In this document: positions 51,786-63,599 of the stretch, one piece after another
Numbering within the stretch: the first letter of the stretch is position 1
How the letters are laid out: each line of letters starts with the position of its first letter
Assembly: GCA_030704615.1 (NCBI GenBank)
Contig: CM060732.1
Coordinates: 36,766,001 to 36,830,000 of the forward strand
Source of the DNA: Takakia lepidozioides
Taxonomy: Eukaryota > Plantae > Bryophyta
DNA: 64,000 bases
Direction: 5' to 3'
Translations under genes and position numbers: made by a program
Notes under the pieces: generated by a model
The model's input: only the letters and a program-made list of their open reading frames with translations
Told to the model about the DNA's origin: nothing
Database searches by the model: none

Positions 51786-52569
51786 TATACCTCAACCAAT
51801 TGAAACACTCCATCCTCATTGTCCACCAGGACTACCCCATGAGTTACTATGCTGCGCTCAATGGCTAGCCTAGCTGACAACTCCTGTAACCTTGCAGCTG
51901 CCGCTTGCCATGGCGCAGCTGTGGCTGACTTCACCCTCGAATCCAAAGCATCCATAGACTGCACCTTATCTGCTATCTCCGTAGATAGTGCCGATACATC
52001 ACCACTATCATAGAGTCTAGCTGCTAGTCTGAACACAGCAGCTAGCCGAATCCCCGGCATTGCAATGGTCATTGCAGAAAATAATGGAGCGTGACAAACC
52101 GCCGTAGCCGCCCCCAACAATGTACTGGCTGCACCTTGCTTTGCAGTACCACCCACTGACATTTCCCGAGCCACACCAGCTCTCCCCAATGACACTCGTG
52201 GCTCTACCTCTGACACACTTGGGTGAGCGGGTGCCATTGATGGCGTAGGTGGCATTGTCTTAGCCAATGTAAAGGACTGTGGCAGCCTTGTCTGACAACT
52301 TGTTTCCCCCCTTTGTGGATCAAAATCCACATCCGCTCCTCTTGGCTCAGGAGCACGCGTTGCTGCTCGAGTGACAGCAGCAGCAGAGTCCAATACATGC
52401 AATGGCCCTGCAAGTGCGGCTCCACACATGAAGCCCATACCAATCTGATCTTCCCTAGGCATAAGAGGTTGTGCAGGTAGGGCTTGAACCTCAAGCCTTG
52501 GAGCTGGCGCAACACGATTAGTGGCCATGGCAGCAAGACGTTGCTCTAGCTGGGCAAGTCTATCCACCA

Positions 52570-53760
52570 TGCCTTGGTCATGACCTTGACCTTGACCCTG
52601 TGCTCATTGGTTTTGGTTACGACCTCCACCCCGACCTCTGCCTCCTCTACATCTCTGGACTACATTGTCTCGTCCTCGGCCACCATTTTTCCCTTGGAAC
52701 TGGCCTAGCCGTAGCTCAGGATGCAAGCCATAACAATGGGCCTCCTTATGCCCATACTTTCCACAATGCCCTCACTGTAGTTGTGTAGGTGCCTGTGCCG
52801 GCCCTTTGCCTCTCTCCGGGCAATCCTTCTTGACATGGGGTCCTCTACAATCCCAACAAGTCACACCCGATTGCTGTTGGCCTGAGATGAAGGAAGAGAC
52901 CTCTGCATCTGAGATCCTCTCTGTCCTTCCCTCAGCTTCACCTGAGCCCCCTTGTTGCCTTGAACACGTTGGGATAGTGGTTGTTGTTGGCTAGGAGCCC
53001 CACTTCATTGTGTCTCCTTGCCAAACCCCACCATAACCACTCGCTCCCTTAAACTCTCAGTAGACCTTCGTTGGAACTCTTGCAAGCTTCGCAACTTCTC
53101 TGTCCTTATCCCTTGGTAGTTTCTCCTCAACTCCTCGAAGAACTCCACAACTGGGTTAAAGGCAGGCACGGGTGCTGGTTGTGCAGCAGGAGCTTGAATG
53201 GATTTCCCAGCTCCTATACCACTTGTCCCACTACTAGTGCTTGTAGTTGGAGATGTTTGTGTAGCTGCTGGTGTCGCCACTGCCCTTGTGCCTCTAGTGA
53301 TGGAGACATAGTTAGGTGACCAATATTCTCGTCACTCCTCAATCTCCATCGCATGTCCCCACCTAAATTCATGGTAATCATCTATGGGCGGCCCCTCAAG
53401 GTGCTGGAATAGTCCCTTCCATGCTATAAAGGGCGTAAACAGTTGTGGATTGCGCATTTGCTGCAAATCACACCAACTGTCAAACTCTTGTATGAAGTCA
53501 TTAAGCTCGATGGTGCCCATAGCTCCAGAGTACCTACGTGGCCCATTGGTAGCTCCATACATCTCCTCCATCGTGTCCCACAACAATGGCACGGAAATGA
53601 CTTGCACCCTCGGCGAGAATCCTCATGACTCCGAGTCTGAACCTTCCTTAGAAGACACTGAAGGTGAAGGTGGCCTAAACTGCACACCTCGTCTTGTGTA
53701 CCCACTAGTATCGCTGGTGCTCATACTGGCACTCCCCTCAGCAGCTGGTGGCACCTCCGT
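52570..53760 (-). pseudogene. gag of the DNMT-Gypsy with two zinc knuckles
   Basis: YSGAMGTIELNDFIQEFDSWCD...WKGLFQHLEGPP; FNPVVEFFEELRRNYQG..EKLRSLQEFQR. Knuckles are CWDCRGPHVKKDC (~52820-52858) and *GHCGKYGHKEAHC (~52733-52774). Confidence 0.75.
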
Positions 53761-54549
53761 GATGAAAACTCACAACCCAACCGGTTGTCAACCTGTCTCT
53801 AATCCCCACTTTCCGCAAGGTAACCGGGTAGAGAACCTATTGCGGCTACTGGTTCAAGCAGGAATAATAGGTTTCTAACGTAGACCTGTACCTGCACCTG
53901 CATCCACCGCAAGCATTCATATGGTCTGCTGGTCATCAACCCAGCCTCGCCATAGAAGAAACACTGGTGGTCTTGCTGGTCATCACTCTAGCCTCACCAC
54001 CGACAACATACTCTAGGATTGGCCGGTGATCAGATCCGGACCAACCTCCTATGAAAACAAGCGCCCACACAAAGCTAACATGGCGCACAGTCAAGCATGC
54101 AGGTGTGGAGAGGATCCAAACACAAGAAAATCAAGACAGCAACTCCCCCACACCAAAAACACTCCATAGTGTCGCTCTTGCAAGGACACCCCAGCCCAAA
54201 CCCGGACTGACTCTTGCCTCCACCTACGGAAAGGTTTTGTCCTACAAAGATGGTGAAAGACTATGGGGAAGAGAAACTAAAGCAATTCCTAACCCCAAAA
54301 TTCTCTCATCCCACCTCTCTCCCTCCTGTCTCTCTCCACTCGCTTGTATGGCCGTGGCAAGTATCCTTCAAATATCCCTCAATCAATCATTTAAGAGCAC
54401 TTCAACATTGTCCACTAAAGCTCCTCGAAGGGTCCTCCAATACTCCTCCAAGGACCCCAAAGATCCTCCAAACACTCCTCCAAGGGCCCTCAAATATCTT
54501 CCAAACAATCCTCCAAAGGTCCTTAAATTTCACTAAGTCCTTTCAATGT

Positions 54550-54945
54550 TGATACCTTAACAGAGGTGTAGTCTGAGGTTGCTAGGGTCCCTTATGTTGA
54601 TGATACCTTTACAAAGGTATAGTCTGAAAATGAGGGTTCTGTTTGGTATACTAACAGAGGTATAGTCTGACCTGATTAGGGTCCACATATGGTGATACCT
54701 CAACAGAGGTATAGTAAAAGGGACAAGCTCCTGTTTGGTATACTAACAGAGGTATAGTCTGAGCTGATTAGGGTTCACATATGGTGATACCTCAATAGAG
54801 GTATAGTAAAATGGACAAGCTCCTGTAATGGTATACTAACAGAGGTATAGTCTCACATTAGGGTTCACATATGGTGATACCTCAACAGAGGTATAGTCAA
54901 AGGGACAAGCTCATGTTTGGTATACTAATAGAGGTATAGTCTGAG
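54550..54945. repeat. Tandem array of 9 AACAGAGGTATAGT cores with alternating A/B spacers (~92-bp dimer)
   Basis: Cores at about 54559, 54610, 54653, 54702, 54745, 54793, 54838, 54883 and 54927. A units form the hairpin ATACCTC-AACA-GAGGTAT. Confidence 0.9.
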
Positions 54946-56811
54946 CATACACTACTAGGGTTTGTAATGAAGAGCTAGAATGCAAGTCCTTGATGCTTCT
55001 ACTCAAGCAAAAAATGGTTTCTAGGTGGTCATAAGAGGCATTTTCTTGCTCTTTTCCACCCCAATGTGCAACCAAGAGTGGTCCAACTCAACTTGCAAGT
55101 CACTGTCCACCAAATCAATCCCCCTTCTAGTCCTTGGGATTTGATTGAAACTACCATATCTCCATTGCCGAGCAATCATGCATTTGTCTCCTCATCACTT
55201 GACAATTGCTCCAAATCAACACAAATTATCTCAATGTATAGGAGCAATGCTTGTCACTTACAATACTGCTCCCAAGCAATCCGCCTTGGATCCCACTCTC
55301 ACGCCATATGCCTCATTTGGGGTCTTTGCACCAATCCATCATCCATGTGCTCCCCTTGGTCATTTGAATGCATGTTCCATGACCTCTTGGCCTATGTGTT
55401 GCTCTCCTTCATCATAACATGAATCAACACCTCTCTACTTCACACACAAATGGATCTCAAGGCCTTCACCTCTTGCTAGTTCAAGAGCTCCCCTTCTCAA
55501 ACTTGAACTTACAAACTCAAGAGAGCATGCTCTACATATGCACCACTTGCTTGGTCAACTATCCACCACAAAGCTCGCACTACCAAGAGCATGAATAGCC
55601 AAGTATTGCCTCTCCCTCTTGTCACATTACATAGTTAGGGTGAAGCTATGCATACATTGAATGATGATTTCCCTTCAAGGATTTCCCACCATATGTTCTC
55701 CAAGTCCTTCCAATGGCACCCTAAGCTTGGCTCCACACCACCATGATTGGAAGATTTCTTCATATGCTCACTTCAAAACCTCTTGAGCTTCTTAGTGCTC
55801 TCCAAGTACTTGCCCTTGTTGTCTTCAAGCCCAAGCCTATGTAGCTCCTTGGCTTCTTCTCCACAACATCCACACTTTGAACTTGCTTAACCCTAGCTTA
55901 ATAGTGAAATGAGCTCTAACAAGCCTTTAGTCACTATCCACAAGCCATGGCGCACACCATTGACTCCATAATGCATACAAATGATTCTCAAACAATAGAA
56001 TCCATGCTTCCACACACACAAGACTTCCTCCTTGCAATCCTTGCAAAATCTTGTGACTCAAGAGCTTTCTTCTCAAGCTCTCCAACTCCTTGGTGCATGC
56101 AACACTCGAGCACCTTTCCTTGCAACCCCTTGCAAGCCTTGTGATACAAGAGCTAAATTCTCCTAGCTCTCAACCTTTTTAACATATAAGTGCAAAACTA
56201 ATCCTTACACTCCGCACTCACAAGCATAAGGTGATCTTCTAGTGATAATGAAAAGTTAACACAATGGAAACCCTCCACTCATGAATCCACTCAATCACAT
56301 AAACTAAGTCAAGCCAAGGGCACCCTTGCTAAGGGAATCCACCCTACAAAGCCCTCACCACACTCCCTTTCAATACCTAGAGCTATGGAGGTGAGAGATG
56401 CTCATGGAGGCTCAACTACAAGAAGATGAGCCTCCTCCATCCTCACAAGGGGAAAACCTATCCCCATGTCCCAAGTGAGGCTCGACACCTCACTTGGCAT
56501 GTGAGACCCAATGAAGTCCCAACACACAAAATATAAATATAAATATCTAAAATGTCCTAGTTAACTAGAAGTAGGTAATTCTAGATAACCATGACTAAAA
56601 CCATGACAGATACCAAAGCTATAAATATTTGGAACTTGGAGCTTATAGATATACACTAGGGGTTCATATTCGCGTGTAGGAACCCTATTTCTGTCCTTCG
56701 TATTCTATTTTCGTGCAAACATGGGTACCTTTGCCGTATTTTGTGCTCATGACTCCATTTTCCTATGCTCATGTGAGTTGTGCACATATATGCTCACGTT
56801 CTACCAACCCC

Positions 56812-56882
56812 CCTCCTGTAGCTCAGTTGGATAATGTACCGAGCACCACCTAGGTGAATTGAGGCTCAAATCCTGCGGTCTT
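56812..56882 (+). other. tRNA-derived (SINE-head-like) degenerate sequence
   Basis: A-box-like TAGCTCAGTTGG (56819) and B-box-like GGCTCAAATCC (~56863) occur at tRNA-like spacing. There is no convincing cloverleaf. Confidence 0.35.
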
Positions 56883-57239
56883 GTTTTTTGACCCTTAGGT
56901 CTATGGTTCATGCAGACATGAGGACTCAGAATCAAAACTCCAAACTACAGACCTATAGCTCAAAATCATCCCACACGGAAAGATGGTATTGGGTGGAAGA
57001 AACAAAGACCCATGTTTGTTTGCCACATAGCCTAGAATTGGACCGATTGTAACGGGAAAAAGACCAAACATAATTCCATATTGGTAATTTTTTATTTGTA
57101 AGTAATTAGAAATTTTTATCAAAGAAAAGATTATACCATATATATATATTTTTCCCACCATCTTGTGATGCTGAGTTGTAATCCTACTACAATTTTTCTT
57201 TTCTCTGATGGACAAAAGTCCTAAAATACACAGAGTTAA

Positions 57240-58061
57240 CCCTTAAGTTCCCAAGCGACCTGAATCGGGTCACTTTGAATTTGCAGTTCGACCTAATTTT
57301 TGCAGATCTAATCTGATGGGGCCCGCTCCTGAAGCTTTAATGACAAGGGATTTGTCTCGAGTATGATGCAAAAAACAAAATTAAAAAAAAAAAAGCTTCA
57401 ACCTACAAAAAATATCTTAGATCTCTCATTTACGTTTTGGGGCCTGAAAAGGGCTTGTTGACCACTGACGTGGCAAGTAAACAAGCCCAAAACAGATTAC
57501 ACTCCAAAGGCCATTTTTGGCAGAAAATTAGCAATTTTGGAAAAAGCACTTCACCTTGTGGTGTGTGAGCATTACATACACACATCCACCATTGGCTTTT
57601 AAAAATTTTGTAGAAAAAAAAGTACTTCATTTGGAGGCACATTTTCTCTTGTCAATTTTGAGATTTCAACCGCCATGTAATTGCATGCAAAGCAACCATA
57701 GGTGAAAAAATCAGTTGGACTTGCAATTTAGTGGGGTCATAGCCACTCCACTATTGATTTGGAAATGGTGGGTCTTGGGGCAAGCAAAACTGGATAAAGC
57801 TAGGTTTTGATTTGGTCAAACCAATTTCTTTCTCACTTTTTCTTTGGGACCTGATATTTGAGGTCCGGGCCAACGCTATAATCTCACAATTTCCACGGTG
57901 GACTTGGCTCCTTTTTTGGTATGTCATGCATAAATAAGCTGGGCCCATTGCTATAAGGCTGGTATCTCTCGATGATTTTCGGTAGGTTTCTAGGGGCAAT
58001 TTACTGCAGCTGGGTACCCAAAATTGGTAAAAAGTCAAAAAAGGGCTTGGGAACTTAAGGG
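57240..58061 (-). mobile_element. Non-autonomous TTAA-flanked (piggyBac-like) element, family A copy 2 (inverted)
   Basis: Same 17-bp TIRs, with TTAA at 57236-57239 and 58062-58065. It is the reverse complement of 22937-23760 with scattered substitutions. Confidence 0.9.
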
Positions 58062-58190
58062 TTAAGTTGGGATAAATGTTGTCATGTTTACGCCTTTTTT
58101 GTTACCCGGACATTGGAAACTCCTTGATTTGATTTTTAAAATGCTATGCCTTCCCACACATTTCTTGGCTTCCAAGTTGTTTGTTGTTAA

Positions 58191-59381
58191 CCCTTAAGTG
58201 CCCAGACTCATTTTCACCCTCTCGTGGAAAAACATGACCCTGGCCCACAAAAACATTTTTATTTGGAGAATCTTTGTGTCCCTGTTAAACTGACCGTTGG
58301 AATTACTTCCCACCTACCCCACCTCCTGCCACAAAAAGTTTCATCAAATTCCAACCGCCAGATCAGAAGATATTAAAGTGTAGAGTGGAGACAAAAAAAA
58401 CTCTTCGCTAGGAATAGGTGCCAAAAAAACAGTTTATTGCTCGTATTTGGGCAGTTTTAGTTTCTCTTTATTTTAGAGTCTCAAGAATGTTGTACCATAC
58501 TTGATAACACGCATCCTCAGAAATTTTCGGTTTTTTCTGAAATTTTCTCAAGTGGGCTCCTTTGTAGTGACAAATTGGGGGGTCAAAATATGCCATTTTC
58601 TTTGGGCAGGCCGAAATATCTCTTCCTATAATTATACAACCAAATTCAGCCGTTCAATTCCTAATCCCTCCTGTTGAAGTGTCATGAGCATCCATACGAG
58701 GTCCCAAAAAACTTTGCATCCAATCAGTCAACGTCATCGCATCTTTAGGTTCCCTGCCCAAGACTTCAAATGGCACACCTAGGTTATAGCCTGGAGGCCT
58801 AGGATATTTGGAGCCATAGCCCAGAAGGCCACGGGGTTTGGGAGCTCCTATGGCTACCCGGCCCTGCTTTCATTGGGGGCCACTCCACCCTCCCTAGGTT
58901 TGACCCACCCCTCATGGGAGTTTTCCTCGAGCCGCCAGCTCTGCGCGGCTGCACTCCCTCCAGCCCGGCCTGCATGGTGTTGGCCAGAGCTGCCATCGCC
59001 GTCGATTGGCTAGGGCCCAGGCCTAGGAATGCCCAGACCTGTAGGGCCATCATTTCACCCGCCCAGCATTCAAGGGGTTTGGGGAAATGGGCCGCCCCCA
59101 GCTTCATGGGGTATGCTATGTTCACCCTAACCTGACCGTGGTTGCCACGTCTGCAACCTGGGCAGGTTAGGGGCCCTCCAAAAAGCTGCGTGTGCCCCAC
59201 TTGGCGGGCTCCACCTGGCAACCCTTTGAGGCATTGGCCAATTGGCCAATGCCATTTGAAGGAAAAAGTTTTTATCTTTCAAATGAACCCTTGTGAGGGC
59301 TAATCAGGCTTAACCAGAGGGAGTAATGGCCAGTTTAGTAAACCTGACCAACCCAAAATGGGTCGATATACCACTTAAGGG
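58191..59381. mobile_element. Non-autonomous TTAA-flanked (piggyBac-like) element, family B
   Basis: TTAA|CCCTTAAGTG ... CACTTAAGGG|TTAA (TTAA 58187-58190 and 59382-59385). The 1191-bp element has an interior unrelated to family A. Confidence 0.8.
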
Positions 59382-59445
59382 TTAAGGCCAGTTTGCCCTC
59401 GGTTATGCTTTGTGCGGCTCATTTGCCCGCTGGGCATGACATTCA

Positions 59446-59739
59446 GGGCCACTTTACACTAGGGACCAAGACCAAGAAATCGTGCGACCGAGAAGTGTCA
59501 CTCTTGGGCTGTGTCTTGGTCCGGAGGCAAAGAGGTGGGCCTCATGAGGGTTCCTTTTCTTTGGTCTGGACCAAGAAGTTCGCGCCAAAAGTAGATGCCA
59601 TGTAAGCATATTGGCCGGCTTTGGTCTTTTGGGCTTGGTCCCTAGTGTAAAGCCCTTGAGACCAATTTTTGGCCCTCGACCAATAAGAATGCTCAATTTT
59701 CGCTTGGTCTTGGTCTTGGTCCCTAGTGTAAAGTGGCCC
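59446..59739. mobile_element. Tourist-like (PIF/Harbinger) MITE, 294 bp
   Basis: 31-bp TIR GGGCCACTTTACACTAGGGACCAAGACCAAG with 3-bp TSD TCA on both sides. An internal partial TIR copy lies at ~59634-59652. Confidence 0.88.
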
Positions 59740-61918
59740 TCATTGGAACTGCCCCCTCTCCATTTACAAAGTGTATGCCTTATGGCTGATTGAGGGTTTT
59801 AATTTTATCCCTCCAATAATCCCAAACAAAAACTTTTGGAGGGGAAGTTCCATGTTCCATCCCTTTCTTTAAAAAATGTAAAACAAATATCATACTGCTA
59901 TAAATCTTCTACTGCTCCTTTTCGGCTAAGTCGGACCACATCCGTCCTCATACAACATTTGTTGGATAATGAATAGAAAGGCTTTTACATTTTTTAACGT
60001 GAGGAATAGGTCATCATTGAACGCCGGGCATTTTGGGGTGATTTAAGCTATGCCGACAGAACACACATTACTGATGCCGTGGTATTGACTGAGATGGAAT
60101 CGGAATACAAGATTGCGACGGGCTAAGGGAATCAGCTCATTGAATGGGTCCACATTCAATGAGGATTGATCAATTATTTATGCTAGCTCCGGTCAGCGTC
60201 ATGTATATGTTCTCCCTTGTGTCAATTAACTTTCGCTCCTCTCCATAGCTCAAAAGGAGGCTCTTATTTTTGCAAGAACATCAGAAACTCATCACCTACA
60301 TATCTCACACTAATGAAGAAGGAACATAGCGCCGGAGAAGCTAAAACCAAGAAGGAACTTGTATATTCATAGTTATGTTACTCTGGGCCGGTCGTAAGGC
60401 CGGAGTTATTAATCCGTCACGAAATGATTTAAATGTTGGATAAGGTAGTTAGTTGGGTCACATTCTCCCCTCCAATGCATTTATAGGCTATGGGCATTTA
60501 TTTCAACCATCACCTAATATTGCAACAACCTAACAAAGTACTAATAGAGAAATATGAGTTTAATTAATACTATAAATGATATTTTACTATTTAAAAAACC
60601 CAAGGTCCACCCACAACCGCCCATCTCTCTCTCTCAAACAATTCAAAAATAAAATAATAAAATCAAACAGATACCCTAATAAGCAGCAGCCATGACCCAA
60701 CAGTCAAAAGCTTTACTAATTTAGCCACCACCTTTTCCATATCCAGTCTCGTCTCTCTCAGCATTTAAAGATGGCGCTGGCTGTGCCATGTTGCTGGGCG
60801 CAAATCCGTTACGCTCATCAATTTCATCTTCCTCATCTCTCGGATACACGACCGTTAATCGTGTTCAAACAATTCCATTCCCCTTTTTCACATTGCTAGA
60901 TGCCATTGAATTGAAGTGCTGGATGTTGAAATCTACTGCAGGCATCTTGTTTCCCTGGCTTTTCTGGAATCTGACGTACATAGGAGAAGTTGAAGCGATG
61001 GTATGCGAGTGATGGGGAAATGAAGGTGACAAAACAAAGAAGAATCTCCGAAAAATCAGTGCTGTTTTGATCAGGTCGTTGGGTCTGGTAGCTGACAAAG
61101 TGGTGCATTGATCGTCGTGAAACAATGTTTCGTGCTCACAGGAATCGACGATCGATCTACTGTGAAAGCGCGATATGAACTAGAGTACAGAGCGTGATCT
61201 GCTGAAATGTGAGGTAAGAATGAATGCATGGCGCGAAAGGATCGTGAGGAGCAAAGTGCTCGGACGTGGGCCATTAAGAGTGTGCAACATGCATACAAGC
61301 CTTCCCTTTTTATTATTGGGCCCGTGCAAGACGCTGCAGCGGACATTCCGCACTATCCACTCACCTCTTCTATTTCCCCACACAATTGCGCCATACCTTC
61401 CGCAAGTCTGTTTGAACTTCTGATCTATACTTGAAGGCTCTCTCGGGGCTTGAAGCGACGCAGGCATACCGTGAACTTGTACTGTCCGGATGCATACCAT
61501 CGTGTTTGTTGTGAAGCGACCCCTCAATCTCAGACTGCTTATCTTGCTGGAAGCACCTCTCCCGCTCTATGTCTCTCCCACTGTCAAACACACACTCATG
61601 CATGGAGACTCTATAACGGGCATCAATCGTAGTAGTTGAGGAACTGTCCAAAACAGTTTGCTGCGCGAGTTCCGTGTGCTACTTGAACAATGCACATGGA
61701 GAGTCCTGCACAATCTACCTACAGGTGAAATTCTCAATTTCAAACTTGGCCGGAGCAGGTGGTCCAACAGCTTCCGAGTTCTGGCGAGAGTAAGAAGTTC
61801 GTTTTTGCAATGTCGATCCGTACTGCACTCTGCGCGTTGATAGATCTATAAGAATTGCGACAGATAACAAGAGCTCTGATTGCCGACTACTGTTGTGTGC
61901 TGCAGGTCTAGCCGGGCT

Positions 61919-63599
61919 ATGGGTGTAGCCTTGTTAGCTATGCTCGCTCTGGTGCCACCAGTGTATGGTCGATCCACTCCAGAGGAAGCGGGTAGCAGAG
62001 ATGCTGAGCTACAATTCTCTTATGATCCCCGAGAGACCTGGCAATCTTCCTACGCCGCGACCACCCAGAAGCCCAGGGATGCGTACGGATTCAGTGGAGA
62101 TTCCCAGTCGAAATATTACGGCAGGACGACCCAGGAGCCTGATTATGTGCATAGTCTCAGTGCATATGCCCACGACTCTTATTATCCCAACTACCCTAGC
62201 GATCCCCAGGAGCGGCATGGTGCTTTATTCAGCCTTGACGCCTTCAATCCTGGCGACGAACCGGATCTCAAACGTACTCGGGATAACAGATACGAAGCAT
62301 CTCAGTACGACATTTCCTACGACGCCCGGCATGGAGGAGATGATGAATTTGCTTTGCGAACCCGACCACGTGGAGAAAACAGAGATTCCTCTCGCCACCA
62401 AGACAATATGGCCCAGCCCCATACGGAAAACTACGCTTCCAGGGGTTACTCCTCCAAAACAGCTGCTGCTTGGAGTATAGGAGGGTTTGGCACGGGACCC
62501 TGGACTAGTGCTCATGCAACATTTTATGGTGGAGCTAACGCCGATGGCACTATGGGTACGTATCTGAAGTTACCTCTGTCGAGCTACCTATGTCCAGCCA
62601 AGTATCTACACTAAATTTGCTGCAATTCTTGCAAAGGGCAGTGCTCGTTGTAAGCTGTGTTGTTTAATAGTTGGGCTTTTACCCGTTCTCTCGGACTGGT
62701 TCAGGCCGGGAGTATTTTTCTCGATCTCCTTACCAGTAACTGTTTTCCCCTCGCCTCTCTCTCTCTCTCTCTCTCTCTCACAGACAGGTAAATCGTTTCT
62801 TAGTTGGAACGGATATGAATTCGCGAATGATCATTGACCTTTATACCTTTCTTCTGCGCAGCTGGAGCTTGTGGATATGGAGATCTGTACAGTCAAGGCT
62901 ACGGTGTGAACACGGCCGCGATGAGTACTGCCCTCTTCAATAATGGTCTTTCCTGTGGAGCTTGCTTTGAAATCAAGTGTGATCAAGTTAAATGGTGCCT
63001 GCCCGGCAACCCTTCAATCATGGTGACAGGGACTAACTTCTGCCCTCCCAACTATGCGTTGGCCAACAACAATGGTGGCTGGTGTAATCCACCACTGGAG
63101 CATTTCGATATGGCCGAACCTGCCTTCCTACAGATTGCTCTGTACCAAGCTGGAATCGTCCCTGTCTTGTACCGAAGGTAACATCACCAAACCATTCAAT
63201 TATATATGTTTGTGGGGCAACATAAACTGTCATTTTCCACTACCGTGCTCTAAACACTCTTCCATTGCTCACATGTTAAATGTTTCTGCTGGCAGAATTC
63301 CATGCACAAAGGCCGGAGGAGTCCGGTTCACCGTCAACGGAAACCCTTACTTCAATCTCGTTCTCATAACCAACGTGGGTGGATGCGGTGATGTGAGTTC
63401 CATTTCTATTATGGGATCCAACACAAACTGGATTCCAATGTCCAGAAACTGGGGCCAGAATTGGCAGTGTGGCACAGTGTTGACGGGACAAGCGCTCTCA
63501 TTCGTAGTTACCCTGAGCGATGGAAGCTCGCTGACGTCCATGAATGTAGCTCCACCTGACTGGCAGTTTGGTCAAACCTACGAAGGAAACCAATTCTGA
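61919..63599 (+). CDS. EXPA: Alpha-expansin with long N-terminal extension, 418 aa
   Basis: Exons 61919-62555, 62862-63177 and 63296-63599 (GT-AG, 1257 nt, open). Signal peptide [17 protein letters not shown]; motifs [55 protein letters not shown] probable 5'-UTR intron lies at ~61790-61905. Confidence 0.95.
62755..62778. repeat. (CT)n microsatellite in expansin intron 1
   Basis: About 12 CT units. Confidence 0.9.

Larger units (their letters stand above)
44782..53760 (-). mobile_element. Rearranged Ty3/Gypsy retrotransposon encoding a C5 DNA methyltransferase (gag-PR-DNMT-RT-RH-INT)
   Basis: Collinear minus-strand gag, zinc knuckles, LLDSGA protease, DNMT and RT N-half. The RT C-half/RNase H is at 44782-45857 and the integrase is inverted at ~47715-48711. 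LTRs were not identified. Confidence 0.85.

Noticed and set aside
54550-54945. CRISPR-like array (hairpin repeat with spacers)
   Set aside because: Spacers alternate between two recurring sequences instead of being unique, there are no cas genes, and the context is eukaryotic.
54960-56600. Strand-skewed region resembling retroelement internal or antisense ORF sequence
   Set aside because: No recognisable domain or boundaries, so it cannot be assigned without a search.
22937-58061. Inverted family-A copies as ends of a 35-kb composite transposon or inversion
   Set aside because: Each copy is complete with its own two TIRs and TTAA sites and has unrelated flanks, so independent insertions are simpler. 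An inversion cannot be tested without synteny.
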